A program made the translations under genes and the position numbers. 42,604 bases of DNA from a virus (taxonomy: Duplodnaviria > Caudoviricetes), in IMG/VR virus record IMGVR_UViG_3300027921_000010, positions 1 to 42,604 of that record. One strand, written 5' to 3'. The notes under the pieces were generated by a model. It made no database searches, was not told where the DNA came from, and saw only the letters and a program-made list of their open reading frames with translations. Each line of letters opens with the position of its first letter. Position 1 is the first letter of the stretch. Below, in pieces: positions 33,266-42,604 of the stretch.

Positions 33266-35303
33266 TATTCATCTCCTTGCGCGTAGATTGGACCAACGAA
33301 GCCGCGTCCATTGCCAAGCGACTATCCCCTTCGTCAATATCGGACAAGATCTGCATCGTCTTGGCCTGAGTCTCGTCCGCTTTGGCAATCGTGAGGACGG
33401 TGTCAGCCTTGGCCTTAGCACCACGGGCGTCTTCCGCTGCTGCGGCTGACTGGAGGTACTGGTCATTCGGACTCGGCTTGGCGTTAGCTTTCTCTTCTTC
33501 CATCTGCGCCTTCTCGTCCTCAGTCGGCTTGACCACACCCATGCGGAGCAGCCTCATGCGGAAGTAATCGCGGACCTCGGAGATGCCCTCACCTTCCATG
33601 TTCAGCATGGCCATGGCGCCAAGAACTTGCTTGGTCTCGGGGTCGTCTGTGATTGCCGCCATACCAGTCAAGGCGCGGACGGTGGAGGCGCGCTTACTCG
33701 CGCTGCTCGGGCCAACGTCCACGAACACATCCAAGGCCGCTTCGGCTACGTTGTTCTCATTGACGATCTCGCCGGTGTCGGGGTTAACTTTGGGGCGCAG
33801 TAGCTCGACCGAGTCCACTTCGCCCTGGGGCCCGACAGTCTTCATCCGACGCTTCGGCTCGACAAATACGTCCTTGGCCATGGACAACCAAATCTCCCCC
33901 GAGCGTTTGACGGCTTTGCTCATGTTCGACATGTAGATGAAGGTCTGCATGTCGAGCTTGTTCTGGATTAGCTCCACGGCCTTGCCGGATACGTTGGCTT
34001 GGAGCTCCTCGCCCGCCTGCTGGTTACCGAGTAGGTCTTGCATATCCTGCTCAGTGATTTGGAGCAACGCTGCCATGGCTGGGGGGAGCTGCGGGGGCTT
34101 GGTGTAGCCGATAGGGCCGCCGACCATCTGCTGGCCGTTGGCGTCCGTGATTGGGTTCAGCAAGAGGTAGGGGTAATTCTTGACGTTGTCTTCGGCCCAC
34201 ATCAGTTGGTGTCCAGCTACCTGCTCCGGGGTCAGAATGGGTTTCTCGACTGAGGAGAGGGCACTGAGTTCGCCGAGCTTGGACAGCTGCATGTTCTTCA
34301 AGCGCTGGGCATCAGTGGCCAAGCGAACGTGACCCATGCAACGCTCCACGTTGTCAACAAACCAACGCTTACCAAAAACCATAACAATCGGGATGCACTT
34401 ACCCGCGATATACCCGCAGTCTTCCAAGATCTTGGAGCCCGACATCAGGTACTTGTGAACGCGCTTCACCTTCAGCTTCTTTTCACGCACCTTACGGTAG
34501 CCTGTGGCCACCAAGCGTTCTTCCAATTCATCATCAGCATCGAAGTCGCTATCCAGGAAGCGTTCTTCCTCTCCATCCATACTGACCCAGACATGGGCGA
34601 TCTCGCGCTTCTCCTCCACATCGTACATCTCGGCGATGTAAACAGCATCCGGAGTCGACCAATCAAACTCGCTTTGGTGAATATCCTTGGGCCAGGATGC
34701 CGGGTCATCGTCGTACTCGTCACGGTAAGCCTCAGGTGTCACGGATGTGAGCACATAGCATCGCTTGGCGTCAGATTTGTCTTGGCGCTTGGCCCCAAGG
34801 TCGAAGAAGACACAGGAGTCAGCGTCGAAGATAGGCTCAATACGAATGCGCTGGCGCTCGTCCTCTGGGTCTTCGTCATCTTCATAGGTTGTACGCAGAC
34901 GCCATGCGCCAATACCGCCGCCGACCGCTTCTTCAAAAGCGTTGTCGTAGGCTTCTTGCGCCCAGCTGTCTTGCTCATCAGCGCGGTACAGACCGTTACA
35001 AGTATCGGAAAGCTGGTCCGCCTTGCTACCATCCTTCGGCGTGAAGTCGACCGTGATACGGTTGTTCCGATACTCATTGAAGATCCGGATCACTGAAAGG
35101 TGGATCTTGTTGACCTCGAACTTCGGCTTGTTTTCGAACTGATCACCAAGAGGGCCTTCCCACTGTGCACCCGCGATAGAGTAGAAGCGGCGATCCTTCA
35201 GGCACTGGAGTCGCTCGTCACGCTGCGCTGCCTGAATCTGGTCGAACTCTTTGAGGGCATCTGCGTGAACCTTGGCAAAGCGTGCGATTTTTGTTATAGC
35301 CAT
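33240..35303 (-). CDS. Portal protein (P22-like)
   Basis: 687 aa; D..F....G.QW, N.I, GG.GAWR, IPIV..FG, GH.R...D.QR..N, helical C-terminal barrel; follows terL. Confidence 0.93.
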   Translation of the reverse strand: MAITKIARFAKVHADALKEFDQIQAAQRDERLQCLKDRRFYSIAGAQWEGPLGDQFENKPKFEVNKIHLSVIRIFNEYRNNRITVDFTPKDGSKADQLSDTCNGLYRADEQDSWAQEAYDNAFEEAVGGGIGAWRLRTTYEDDEDPEDERQRIRIEPIFDADSCVFFDLGAKRQDKSDAKRCYVLTSVTPEAYRDEYDDDPASWPKDIHQSEFDWSTPDAVYIAEMYDVEEKREIAHVWVSMDGEEERFLDSDFDADDELEERLVATGYRKVREKKLKVKRVHKYLMSGSKILEDCGYIAGKCIPIVMVFGKRWFVDNVERCMGHVRLATDAQRLKNMQLSKLGELSALSSVEKPILTPEQVAGHQLMWAEDNVKNYPYLLLNPITDANGQQMVGGPIGYTKPPQLPPAMAALLQITEQDMQDLLGNQQAGEELQANVSGKAVELIQNKLDMQTFIYMSNMSKAVKRSGEIWLSMAKDVFVEPKRRMKTVGPQGEVDSVELLRPKVNPDTGEIVNENNVAEAALDVFVDVGPSSASKRASTVRALTGMAAITDDPETKQVLGAMAMLNMEGEGISEVRDYFRMRLLRMGVVKPTEDEKAQMEEEKANAKPSPNDQYLQSAAAAEDARGAKAKADTVLTIAKADETQAKTMQILSDIDEGDSRLAMDAASLVQSTRKEMNNGRNERQG

Positions 35304-35305
35304 GG

Positions 35306-36646
35306 CTAACTCCGTTTGAAGTGGTTGATGGTTGGAATATTGTTGACCACAGGTCTCTTCGTGGTTGCCTTCAGGACGCCCGGGAACAAGGCAGTCAGCA
35401 CCCAGATCAGCGCGTCTGCTCGGTTAGGGCTTCTCTCCCCTACGTAGCCAGCGGTGGTGAAGGAAGAAAGCTCGTCTTCTAGCTCTCGAAAGTGTCCTAC
35501 ATGCCGGACCTTGCCCTGTTCATACAGGGCTGAGATTGGTTCGGCACGGACAGCTTTGCCGCGCGAAGCTGTGACGGTCAAAAATGGCGTTCTTGGGCGC
35601 GCCGTCTGGACGACGTGGTTAACCATCGCCCCGCCGTAGTTGATCTCACCCACCACGATGTCCGCCTCGTTACGGTCGAAAGCCTGGCCTACCACGCTGC
35701 CCCAGGTCGCCGGTCCAGCCTTGAGGGTCAGGTCCTCAAGCACGTAGCAGTTGCCGTCGGTACCGAGACCGGCTACACATATGCCAATCTCGTCGTTGTC
35801 GGCGTTGTTCTCGTCGCCGCTACCAGAGGGGTCCACGCCAATGGCTATGCGGACCATGTCAGGTAGCTCACCGCCCTGATGTCGCCACTTGTCGATGGTC
35901 TCATCCAGGAACAGTTGGTTCGGATTGGCGTCAGCAAACTCCCCAATCAGGAAACGCTTTTGTAAGCGAGAGCTCAGCCCTTGTAGGGTGTCCAGGTAAC
36001 CCGCGGCGAGGTTCTCTTCGTTGTCCTTGGGATTCATCTGGAAGCTGACGTAGTTGTCCGGGTCTTTCAAGGGCAACCGAGTATCGGGGTCAATCTTTTT
36101 GACAAAGACTAGGTAAGTCCAGTGAGCTTTGTTCGGGGGATTGCAGTCGTAGAACATGCGTGGCACGAGGGGGATATCTTCGCAGCCACGAATCTTGGCC
36201 ATAGCAAACTGAGCCAGACGAGTCACCACCATGTTGCGCCCGTGCCAAGGAATCTGACTGCACTCGTTCAGGTAGATGGTGGCGTATTCATTACCCAAAA
36301 TCTTCTCTGTGCGCTCCTTGTCATCCAAGCCGCCAAACCAAACCTCCGAGCCATTTTCAAAGGCTACAAACCAATCGGACTTGGATAAACGCCACGGCAC
36401 ACCGGGGAAGGCAAGCTCCATAACCTTGGGAAAGGTGTCGAAGATGATGGACGACTTGATGTGGTTGAAGCGGAAGCGCAGGATGCAATGGCGACTGTTC
36501 GGGGCCTTGAGAGCCCGCATGACCACACCGCGCACGTATAGGAATGTCTTACCAGACCGGGAGCCACCAAACAGGATGGAGTGGGTTGCTTTCCCGGACA
36601 GCACGTCCATTGCTGCAACCTGCTTGATGGTCAGGTGAAAGGTCAT
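35306..36646 (-). CDS. terL: Terminase large subunit
   Basis: Walker A GGSRSGKT, Walker B variant IYLNE, CNP, nuclease GVDP, E.N.GG, K..RAEP, SP.R.DA. Confidence 0.93.
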   Translation of the reverse strand: MTFHLTIKQVAAMDVLSGKATHSILFGGSRSGKTFLYVRGVVMRALKAPNSRHCILRFRFNHIKSSIIFDTFPKVMELAFPGVPWRLSKSDWFVAFENGSEVWFGGLDDKERTEKILGNEYATIYLNECSQIPWHGRNMVVTRLAQFAMAKIRGCEDIPLVPRMFYDCNPPNKAHWTYLVFVKKIDPDTRLPLKDPDNYVSFQMNPKDNEENLAAGYLDTLQGLSSRLQKRFLIGEFADANPNQLFLDETIDKWRHQGGELPDMVRIAIGVDPSGSGDENNADNDEIGICVAGLGTDGNCYVLEDLTLKAGPATWGSVVGQAFDRNEADIVVGEINYGGAMVNHVVQTARPRTPFLTVTASRGKAVRAEPISALYEQGKVRHVGHFRELEDELSSFTTAGYVGERSPNRADALIWVLTALFPGVLKATTKRPVVNNIPTINHFKRS

Positions 36647-36876
36647 TCACCCAGCTCAATGCGACGTTTAGCCAAGCCGAGCATCATGTAGGTCATCGGG
36701 GCGGGCTCTGCACAGCGGCCAATTAGACCCAGGCCAATATCTCCGCCCGCAACTTCTACGATCCACGCAAGGCGGTGAACGTCACCCAGGGCGCCAGACT
36801 CGATCTCGTCGGCCAGACGGCGCAAGGCTCCTGGCACGTCGTCCAGCTTTGAGCCGGGGAACTTTACGAGATTCAC
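36643..36876 (-). CDS. Hypothetical protein
   Basis: Overlaps both neighbours by 4 nt; D....LR.LAD.IE.G motif. Confidence 0.7.
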   Translation of the reverse strand: MNLVKFPGSKLDDVPGALRRLADEIESGALGDVHRLAWIVEVAGGDIGLGLIGRCAEPAPMTYMMLGLAKRRIELGE

Positions 36877-37421
36877 AGCGCCTGATCCTGAGGAGAGGCC
36901 ACCACAAACACTGTGGCTTCCTTCTTGCCGTCCGGGGTTGTCTGCGCCACCTTAGTCGGCATGTCCAGGCCAAGCATCTTGGCCCGGCGCTCCATGACGC
37001 CCAGGGCTTTGGAGACCGCCGCTAGTACCGGCCCCGCATCCTTCAGCTTGTATGTCTTGATGTTTCCCGTTTCAGGATCGATAAGCGGAACACCTTTCTC
37101 ATCGTCAATGGTGTCACGCACTATTTCACCAGACGATACCAAAGGATGAAAGGCATGAAGAACAGCCATGACTTCCTTCTCCAGACGATCCAGCTTTTGG
37201 CTTTCCATCTTGCGGAGGTCTTCGACATTGTCGATGACGATAGTCTTCAGTGCACTCTGGAGACATTTCTTGATGTAGGTGTCGCTGTAACCGAGCTCCC
37301 GGGCAATGTGTGCTGGAAGCATGCCGTCGCGGCGCATAGCCAAGACCTTGGCCTCAAGGTCGTGCCTTGCGGGGGAGTAAGCATTCGTCTCCTTGCGGTG
37401 TTTAGTTCCAGGCGGCGGCAT
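36873..37421 (-). CDS. terS: Probable terminase small subunit (HTH)
   Basis: N-terminal HTH (MR..G....IA.ELG.S); ERRAK.LGLD.P.K; upstream of terL. Confidence 0.7.
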   Translation of the reverse strand: MPPPGTKHRKETNAYSPARHDLEAKVLAMRRDGMLPAHIARELGYSDTYIKKCLQSALKTIVIDNVEDLRKMESQKLDRLEKEVMAVLHAFHPLVSSGEIVRDTIDDEKGVPLIDPETGNIKTYKLKDAGPVLAAVSKALGVMERRAKMLGLDMPTKVAQTTPDGKKEATVFVVASPQDQAL

Positions 37422-37497
37422 GATTCATTAGGTGATTGGACAATGCCCGAGTTTACCACAGGCTCGCGGGTCTTTCCAGCGCCTATTGTGATCCCCG

Positions 37498-37629
37498 TCA
37501 GTCGTCGTACTCTCGCCAGAAGTGGTCGACCTCTTGATAGTCCTTCTTGATCAACCAGACGGCCAGCGCCCCGCAGGCGAAGCTAATACCGTACAGTATA
37601 TGGGGCAGGTAGTCAATAAAGGTATTCAT
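37498..37629 (-). CDS. 43-aa single-TM protein (not in the ORF track)
   Basis: ATGA overlap with the resolvase stop; MNTFIDYLPHILYGISFACGALAVWLIKKDYQEVDHFWREYDD*. Confidence 0.6.
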   Translation of the reverse strand: MNTFIDYLPHILYGISFACGALAVWLIKKDYQEVDHFWREYDD

Positions 37630-38045
37630 CGCATCACCTCTTCAGTAAGACGCTTCTCAAACCAGATTATGAACGCTTCCATGCTAATCTCACCCGGCAT
37701 TGTGATGACCGACTTCGACAGCTTTAGACTTACTCTGAGCCGAACGGACCATGCCCTACGGCTCTGCCTATAGAACAACACGGGAACACGATCTTTGCCT
37801 GCCTGTCGCACTGTTTGCAACCACCAGCTACTCACCTGTAGCGTCTCGTGATGCTTCACCTCCGGAGCCAACCAATCCAAGCCAGCAATATCGTAGCCGC
37901 CCTTATGACTCTGTGTCAAATTCCGTTCCAAAGAGATTAGCTCTTTTCCGGCAGCCTGATACACCCTAGTGACCACAGGCTGTAACAACTTCACAATCTC
38001 GCGTTCTGCTCTCTTGCCTTTATCCAGGCTACTCTTCCCAGCCAT
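37626..38045 (-). CDS. Holliday-junction resolvase-like PD-(D/E)XK nuclease
   Basis: KGKRAERE, GGYDI, EVK, WW.Q...QA, P.L.YRQ....W. Confidence 0.8.
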   Translation of the reverse strand: MAGKSSLDKGKRAEREIVKLLQPVVTRVYQAAGKELISLERNLTQSHKGGYDIAGLDWLAPEVKHHETLQVSSWWLQTVRQAGKDRVPVLFYRQSRRAWSVRLRVSLKLSKSVITMPGEISMEAFIIWFEKRLTEEVMR

Positions 38046-38059
38046 CTCTATCTCCTAGA

Positions 38060-38300
38060 TTAACCACCTTTAATCGGGGTTATCGAACAATTTGAATTAG
38101 ATTCTCTTGTATTATCAATTACTTACTAAGGTTTAATAAATTTAAGGGGGGTACATATATAAATACGCCTTATTCCGATCCATCTTTTCCGTCTTATTAC
38201 CTTATAATTAGGGTTAAACTTTCAAATGGCGATTAGTCGTTAGTAATCAACGAGTTAACCCGTTAAAACGCCCTAAAACCCGGGCGATCTACATTAACTT
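38060..38300. other. AT-rich non-coding tract (candidate replication origin or late control region)
   Basis: About 260-nt gap, visibly much more AT-rich than the genome, directly downstream of the primase-helicase gene. Confidence 0.5.
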
Positions 38301-38306
38301 GGATAC

Positions 38307-40487
38307 TCACCATCCAGTCCCGATTCCATAGGCTACTCCAGAATACTGGAACTTCTCCATTAGTTTCTGTCTAGGCACCTCTTGCAACATCCCCGAGTCC
38401 ATCATGGCTTGAAGGGTCTTCTTGATCGCTAGAGTCGCCCCTAACCGATCTGTCCGGAAGCTGGACAACGTGGCTGTCCTCTGTAACATGTGGGCGTAGG
38501 GAATAATCCTCGCCTTAATCAGCGGACCATATCGCTTCTTAACGGCTGGTGCCGGGTCTTTCAAGTACTGTTCGATGGCCCGTTTCAGGTCGTGGAATTG
38601 CTTACCATCGCCCTGGCCCACGTCACCCTCTTGGAAGCGCGAGGACACCCGTGTGACATCGCTGACAATGAAGTCGATGGCCCACTGGGCCAGGTCGGCG
38701 GTGACGGTCGGGTTATGGGGGTTGACACCGACGGCGAGGAGGGCGGCGAGCTTGAGGGCCTTGAGGTGGGCTCGGTTCCACAGCTGGGCTTCAACGTCCA
38801 GCCTAGTTCCATTTATCTCCTTATCAACTCGGGCATCGAAATTATCCAGTAATGCGAGGCTGTGGCTATCGAGCTGGACTGGAGCACAGACTCCGTTGTT
38901 GGACGTTGTAAGGCTGATTGTGACTAGGTCGGCGAAGCACTGGATTAGCCGAGCAGGCGGAGGCTGATTGGCGTTCCTATTGCGAGGTGGTCGATCCCCC
39001 CGGTACTCCATGATCGTGAAACGCGGAATAAGACCTTCAGCGATATGGCTGGCGTCGAGCCCATCGAAGAAGGCCTCAGGAGTCGACTCGCCTAGAATGG
39101 TGACATTTGGAGCCTGAACAACTTTAGTATTTTTCTCGGTGTCGCTGTAGACCGAAGAGCGTAGCATGCGGTTCCACCCAGACTTGGCGTAAAGATCCAG
39201 AAGAACCTTACGCAGCATTATCTGGGCGCTATTGGCTCGGTGGTCGCTAAGCTGCTGAAGGGTGAGGCCAAACTCTCCTAGGACCGAAACGAAACAGGGC
39301 CTCTCATTCAGCACCTTGACTAGGGCCTGGCCTGACGCGAAGGCGGCGGGACCGAGGAACTGGTCCACCATAGGTATTTGCGGACGAGTGGCGGCTATGA
39401 GGTTTTCAATACCGGCTTGCGCTCCCTCCTTGCCGGCTCCGGTGCGTGCCAACAAAACAATATATTGGTTGAGTCCCGTTCCGGAGATGTTGTAGCTTCG
39501 GCCGCAGACGCCAGCGCAGAGGGCAATAGCGGCAGCGAGAGCGATCTCCGGCACAGGGCGCACAGCCGTCCGGTAAAAGAAGAGGGCCATCTCGCCCACT
39601 AGTCCAGGAGGGAACGCGACCGCAGAAAGGCTAGCGGGTTCTACGCTGATCGGAGTGGCGGTGACTAACTCCGCATTAGCCACGAGGGCGGAGAGGTCGA
39701 CTGGGGGCGGTTGCTGGGCGCGTATCTTACCCAGGGCGAAGTTCAGATAGGTGTTGTTCTTAATTGCCTTCTCCCGCTTGCCAAGCGCAGACATTCGAAA
39801 CAGGCGCCGGACTTGTTCGTTGTCCTGGGTGTAGTAGGCCAGGATAGCGAGGAGGGCAAAGTCGGCCTCCGACTGACTTGGGTAGTCGGAAAAGTCCCCA
39901 CTACATAAGCTGTTGAATTTGTCGGAGTTGCTAGCTCTCATCGCCATGGCCAAGACTTCGTCATCGGACTGGATCGAGACCCCGTTAGTGAGATCGACTG
40001 TGGGCGCTGGCTTCATTTCCCCGTAAAGGATGTCCAGTAAGGGCTGGTGATCGTTGATGGGCGAAGGCCGGACGACATCTCCGGTGCAGATCATATACCT
40101 CTCGGAGGAGTAGACCTCAACATTATCACGGTGGACGCCAAACGGGAGTCGGCCCTTGACAATAATATGATACCCACGCCCGCTGGTGGAACGCTCGGTA
40201 TAGCTGTCGAACGCGGTCAGTATTTTCTGGTGCCGACCCCATTGCTCTTCAGTCAGCGGCTTCTCGGGTTTGTTATCCAGGTCTATGATTGTGAACGGAT
40301 CCCAAGGGGCTAACACAAAACCAACATGAGCAAAGCCTGTTCGACACGCCTCTTCAAAGGTGGCCCAAGTAGCCGGATCGGTAACGCTGGCGGCTTGGCC
40401 AGTGCGTGGGTTAATTGGGATTCTATTTGAACCGGCCACTACCCATTGTGGGAGGGTACGGAGTTCCACCGGAATATTATTAAGCAT
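38307..40487 (-). CDS. Primase-polymerase / helicase fusion
   Basis: N-terminal IP.EL....QWV, IDLD, YTE.S.SG.G.HI, E.Y...RY...TG; SQSEAD.AL; C-terminal P-loop ARTGAGKE; start ATG 40487 (GAGG RBS). Confidence 0.88.
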   Translation of the reverse strand: MLNNIPVELRTLPQWVVAGSNRIPINPRTGQAASVTDPATWATFEEACRTGFAHVGFVLAPWDPFTIIDLDNKPEKPLTEEQWGRHQKILTAFDSYTERSTSGRGYHIIVKGRLPFGVHRDNVEVYSSERYMICTGDVVRPSPINDHQPLLDILYGEMKPAPTVDLTNGVSIQSDDEVLAMAMRASNSDKFNSLCSGDFSDYPSQSEADFALLAILAYYTQDNEQVRRLFRMSALGKREKAIKNNTYLNFALGKIRAQQPPPVDLSALVANAELVTATPISVEPASLSAVAFPPGLVGEMALFFYRTAVRPVPEIALAAAIALCAGVCGRSYNISGTGLNQYIVLLARTGAGKEGAQAGIENLIAATRPQIPMVDQFLGPAAFASGQALVKVLNERPCFVSVLGEFGLTLQQLSDHRANSAQIMLRKVLLDLYAKSGWNRMLRSSVYSDTEKNTKVVQAPNVTILGESTPEAFFDGLDASHIAEGLIPRFTIMEYRGDRPPRNRNANQPPPARLIQCFADLVTISLTTSNNGVCAPVQLDSHSLALLDNFDARVDKEINGTRLDVEAQLWNRAHLKALKLAALLAVGVNPHNPTVTADLAQWAIDFIVSDVTRVSSRFQEGDVGQGDGKQFHDLKRAIEQYLKDPAPAVKKRYGPLIKARIIPYAHMLQRTATLSSFRTDRLGATLAIKKTLQAMMDSGMLQEVPRQKLMEKFQYSGVAYGIGTGW

Positions 40488-40494
40488 TACTACC

Positions 40495-40701
40495 TCACAG
40501 GAGAGGGGTTTTTGTGAGGTGCTCGTAAAGGTATTGCACCCGATTGACCGACGGGTTGCGGAACCGGCCTGAGGCAAACTTCTTCAGCCAGTAGAAAGAT
40601 ATGTCCGTTTCAGCGCTAATTTTGATGAGATCGACTCCATCCAATAAAAGGCCAGTCCGCCTCATTAGACTCAAGGGTTGATCATAAGTTGCCTGTTTCA
40701 C
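40495..40701 (-). CDS. Small HTH (Cro/XRE-like) DNA-binding protein
   Basis: I...T.I...WL.KF..G...NPSVNRVQ.LYE.L; AGGAG RBS. Confidence 0.8.
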   Translation of the reverse strand: MKQATYDQPLSLMRRTGLLLDGVDLIKISAETDISFYWLKKFASGRFRNPSVNRVQYLYEHLTKTPLL

Positions 40702-40732
40702 CGCTTTCTCCTAAGTGGGTGTGGGTAGGTGG

Positions 40733-40814
40733 ATTATATATAGGGGGACCCAATCCTCCAACCTTCAAAGGGAACATTATAGGGATTGTCAGTACTGGAG
40801 ACCGCCGATATAAT
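40733..40814. promoter_or_regulatory. Divergent sigma70-like promoters
   Basis: Plus strand TTGTCA(40786)-17 nt-TATAAT(40809). Minus strand TTGGAG-17 nt-TATAAT (40761..40733), plus a second minus-strand TATAAT at 40781..40776. Confidence 0.75.
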
Positions 40815-40840
40815 GGGACTCCCTACGATAGGAGCTGCAC

Positions 40841-41251
40841 ATGGACTACGATGAACGCATGAGACTGCTACAAAGCTGGAATACCGCGGTAGTGCAGGTG
40901 GAGGCTTGCAGGCCGCTGATTGCCCAGGAGCAGGAACTCCGTAAGGCCGTCATGGCTGAGTTCTTCCCCACTCCCAAAGAAGGGGTCAACAACCTCGACA
41001 TGGGCCAGGGCTGGACGCTCAAGGGCACCTACAGGATCGACCGCAAGGTGGACGAAGCGGCTCTCCCCGCGGTCAAGGAGCAGCTCCGCGAACTCGGGGT
41101 CAACGCGGATACCGTGGTCAGATACAAACCCGAAGTCGCCACCACCATTTACAAGACCCTCTCAGATCAGGCCCGTCGGGTCTTCGACACCGTCCTGACC
41201 ATCAAGCCTGGGAGCCCGACTGTCGAACTCATCCCTCCGAAGGATGTGTAA
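40841..41251 (+). CDS. Conserved phage protein of the recombination module
   Basis: AGGAG RBS; E..LR...F..P.EG.N...G..LK....R..D...KP...T.KPG.P; TAATG overlap with the ATPase gene. Confidence 0.8.
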   Translation: MDYDERMRLLQSWNTAVVQVEACRPLIAQEQELRKAVMAEFFPTPKEGVNNLDMGQGWTLKGTYRIDRKVDEAALPAVKEQLRELGVNADTVVRYKPEVATTIYKTLSDQARRVFDTVLTIKPGSPTVELIPPKDV

Positions 41252-42081
41252 TGAGTATCCTTTCGCAGGTCAATCACTCGCAGCATCGAGTCGGTATCCG
41301 GGCGGTGATTGCCGGGATCGAGAAGGTGGGCAAGACGACGCTCGCGTGCTCGGCTCCGCGAGTCCTGCTGGTGCCACTGGAACAGGGCTTCTCCGGGGTA
41401 TCGGTGATGAAGACCCCGATGCTGGAATCCTTCTCCGACGTCATTGCCTTGCTGGACGAAGTCATCGCCACTGGCCCGGCCTTTCCCTACAGCACGCTAG
41501 TATTCGACTCGGCCACGGCTTTGGAACGCTTGATCCATGACGGGGTCTTGCGAGCTGATCCGGTCTACGCCAAGGGGAACAAGAAGGGACTTACCATGGA
41601 GTCTGCCCTGGGCGGATATGGCAAAGCGTATCAGTTCGCCAATGAGCAGTTCGCCACCTTCTTGCAACGCTGCGACTGGCTCGCAACCAACATGGCCGTC
41701 AACATCGTTCTGACCTGTCACGTCTTTGCCGCCAAGGTCATTGACCCCGCCTTCGGGGAGTATGATACCTGGGACTTGCTCCTCCATTCCCCGAAGAACC
41801 AGAAAGCCTACGGCAAGCGCGAGATGCTTACCCAGTGGGCGGACTTGGTGGGCTTCTTGCATGAGCCACTCTTCGTCGCCGAAAGCGACAAGACGCAGCT
41901 CAAGAAGGGTATTTCAACAAACAAGGGGCGTATACTAGCGGTCAATCGGACGCCCGGCTACGTCGCCGGCAACCGGTACGGTGTGGTCAACGACATCTCA
42001 ATACCGAAGGAAAAGAGCTGGAATCCGCTCGCACAAGAGATATATAATTCTTGTGGGGCTGATTTTTTCAACCGGGATTGA
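41251..42081 (+). CDS. AAA_24 / Sak4-like ATPase
   Basis: GIEKVGKTT, E.G, TLVFDS, GGYGK.Y, H, W.D.VGF, AGNRYG. Confidence 0.88.
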   Translation: MSILSQVNHSQHRVGIRAVIAGIEKVGKTTLACSAPRVLLVPLEQGFSGVSVMKTPMLESFSDVIALLDEVIATGPAFPYSTLVFDSATALERLIHDGVLRADPVYAKGNKKGLTMESALGGYGKAYQFANEQFATFLQRCDWLATNMAVNIVLTCHVFAAKVIDPAFGEYDTWDLLLHSPKNQKAYGKREMLTQWADLVGFLHEPLFVAESDKTQLKKGISTNKGRILAVNRTPGYVAGNRYGVVNDISIPKEKSWNPLAQEIYNSCGADFFNRD

Positions 42082-42104
42082 CATCCCAACTAGGAGAAGT
42101 AACC

Positions 42105-42604
42105 ATGGCATTACTTAATTTCGACGCATCACAGGTCGCTCCGGCAACGGCGCTGGACCCCGTACCGGCTGGATGGTATACCGCGATGGTGGTGGAATCG
42201 GAAATGAAGCCGACGGCCGACGGCACTGGCCGCTATCTCGAAATGGTCAACGCCATTATCGAACCGGCCGAGTACGCTGGTCGCAAGGTCTATGATCGCA
42301 TCAATCTGCAGAACAAGAACCCGGTGGCTGTCGAGATCGGCTATAAGACCCTGTCGGCCATCTGCCACGCCGTAGGCATTATCCAGGTCCAGGACAGCCA
42401 GCAACTTCACAATCGTCCCTTCGCCATCAAGGTGTCGCTGCGTCCGGCCGGCCCGGGAGCAGATGGCAAGAACTATGAAGCGAGCAATGATGTGAAGGGT
42501 TACAAGGCTGCCAGCGAGCGCACCAATACCACCCCGGCCCAGGTCGCTCCCCCGCCTCCCGCTGCTCCTCAGTGGGCGCCTCCGGCACAAGCGCAGGTGC
42601 CTCC
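42105..42604 (+). CDS. DUF669-like ssDNA-binding protein (runs off the window end)
   Basis: AGGAG RBS; MALLNFDASQVAP...PVPAGWY...ESEMKPT..G.G.YL...GRKVYDRINL.N.N..AVEI....L.AICHAVG; follows the Sak4-like gene. Confidence 0.88.
   Translation, partial: MALLNFDASQVAPATALDPVPAGWYTAMVVESEMKPTADGTGRYLEMVNAIIEPAEYAGRKVYDRINLQNKNPVAVEIGYKTLSAICHAVGIIQVQDSQQLHNRPFAIKVSLRPAGPGADGKNYEASNDVKGYKAASERTNTTPAQVAPPPPAAPQWAPPAQAQVP

Noticed and set aside
34329-35096. Long antisense ORFs (e.g. 34329..35096, 29475..30122, 10234..10917, 28764..29309, 20256..20792)
   Set aside because: They lie opposite well-supported genes, lack RBSs and motifs, and are expected shadows of GC-biased codon usage.
36265-36285. 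TerL Walker B reading IYLNE rather than hhhhDE as a sign of inactivation
   Set aside because: The catalytic Glu and all other motifs are intact and this is the only terminase in the genome, so it is treated as a natural variant.
1-42604. Prophage or temperate lifestyle; tRNA or rRNA genes
   Set aside because: No integrase, CI-like peptidase repressor, partition genes or host flanks were recognised, and no tRNA cloverleaf was seen by eye (tRNAscan-SE not run).

Overview
The window is a near-complete, circularly permuted genome (~42.6 kb) of a tailed dsDNA phage, probably lytic (no integrase seen). Both ends fall inside one DUF669/SSB-like gene. The + strand arm (40841 to the end, then 1..15488) carries recombination and replication genes (AAA_24/Sak4-like ATPase, SSB-like, Cas4-like nuclease, SF2 helicase, beta-clamp-like protein, PolA), a C5-cytosine methyltransferase, and a 7-deazaguanine DNA-modification pathway (queE, queC, queD, PRTase-folE fusion, dpdA; predicted product dPreQ0). 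The - strand arm (40701 down to 15559) carries an HTH regulator, primase-helicase, resolvase, terminase and a P22-like podovirus morphogenesis module. The most unusual signals are: (1) two canonical-looking integron attC sites and a candidate attI bracketing small accessory genes at 14628-15552, with no integrase in the genome; (2) a beta-clamp-binding-like motif (QQDLF) at the DpdA C-terminus next to a phage-encoded clamp; (3) a stray 17-codon copy of dpdA differing only at synonymous positions; (4) a Gpt-like PRTase fused to FolE and a QueC lacking its Zn cysteines; (5) three tandem paralogues sharing an unassigned domain; (6) no recognisable endolysin. All calls come from motif reading and synteny; no searches were run.
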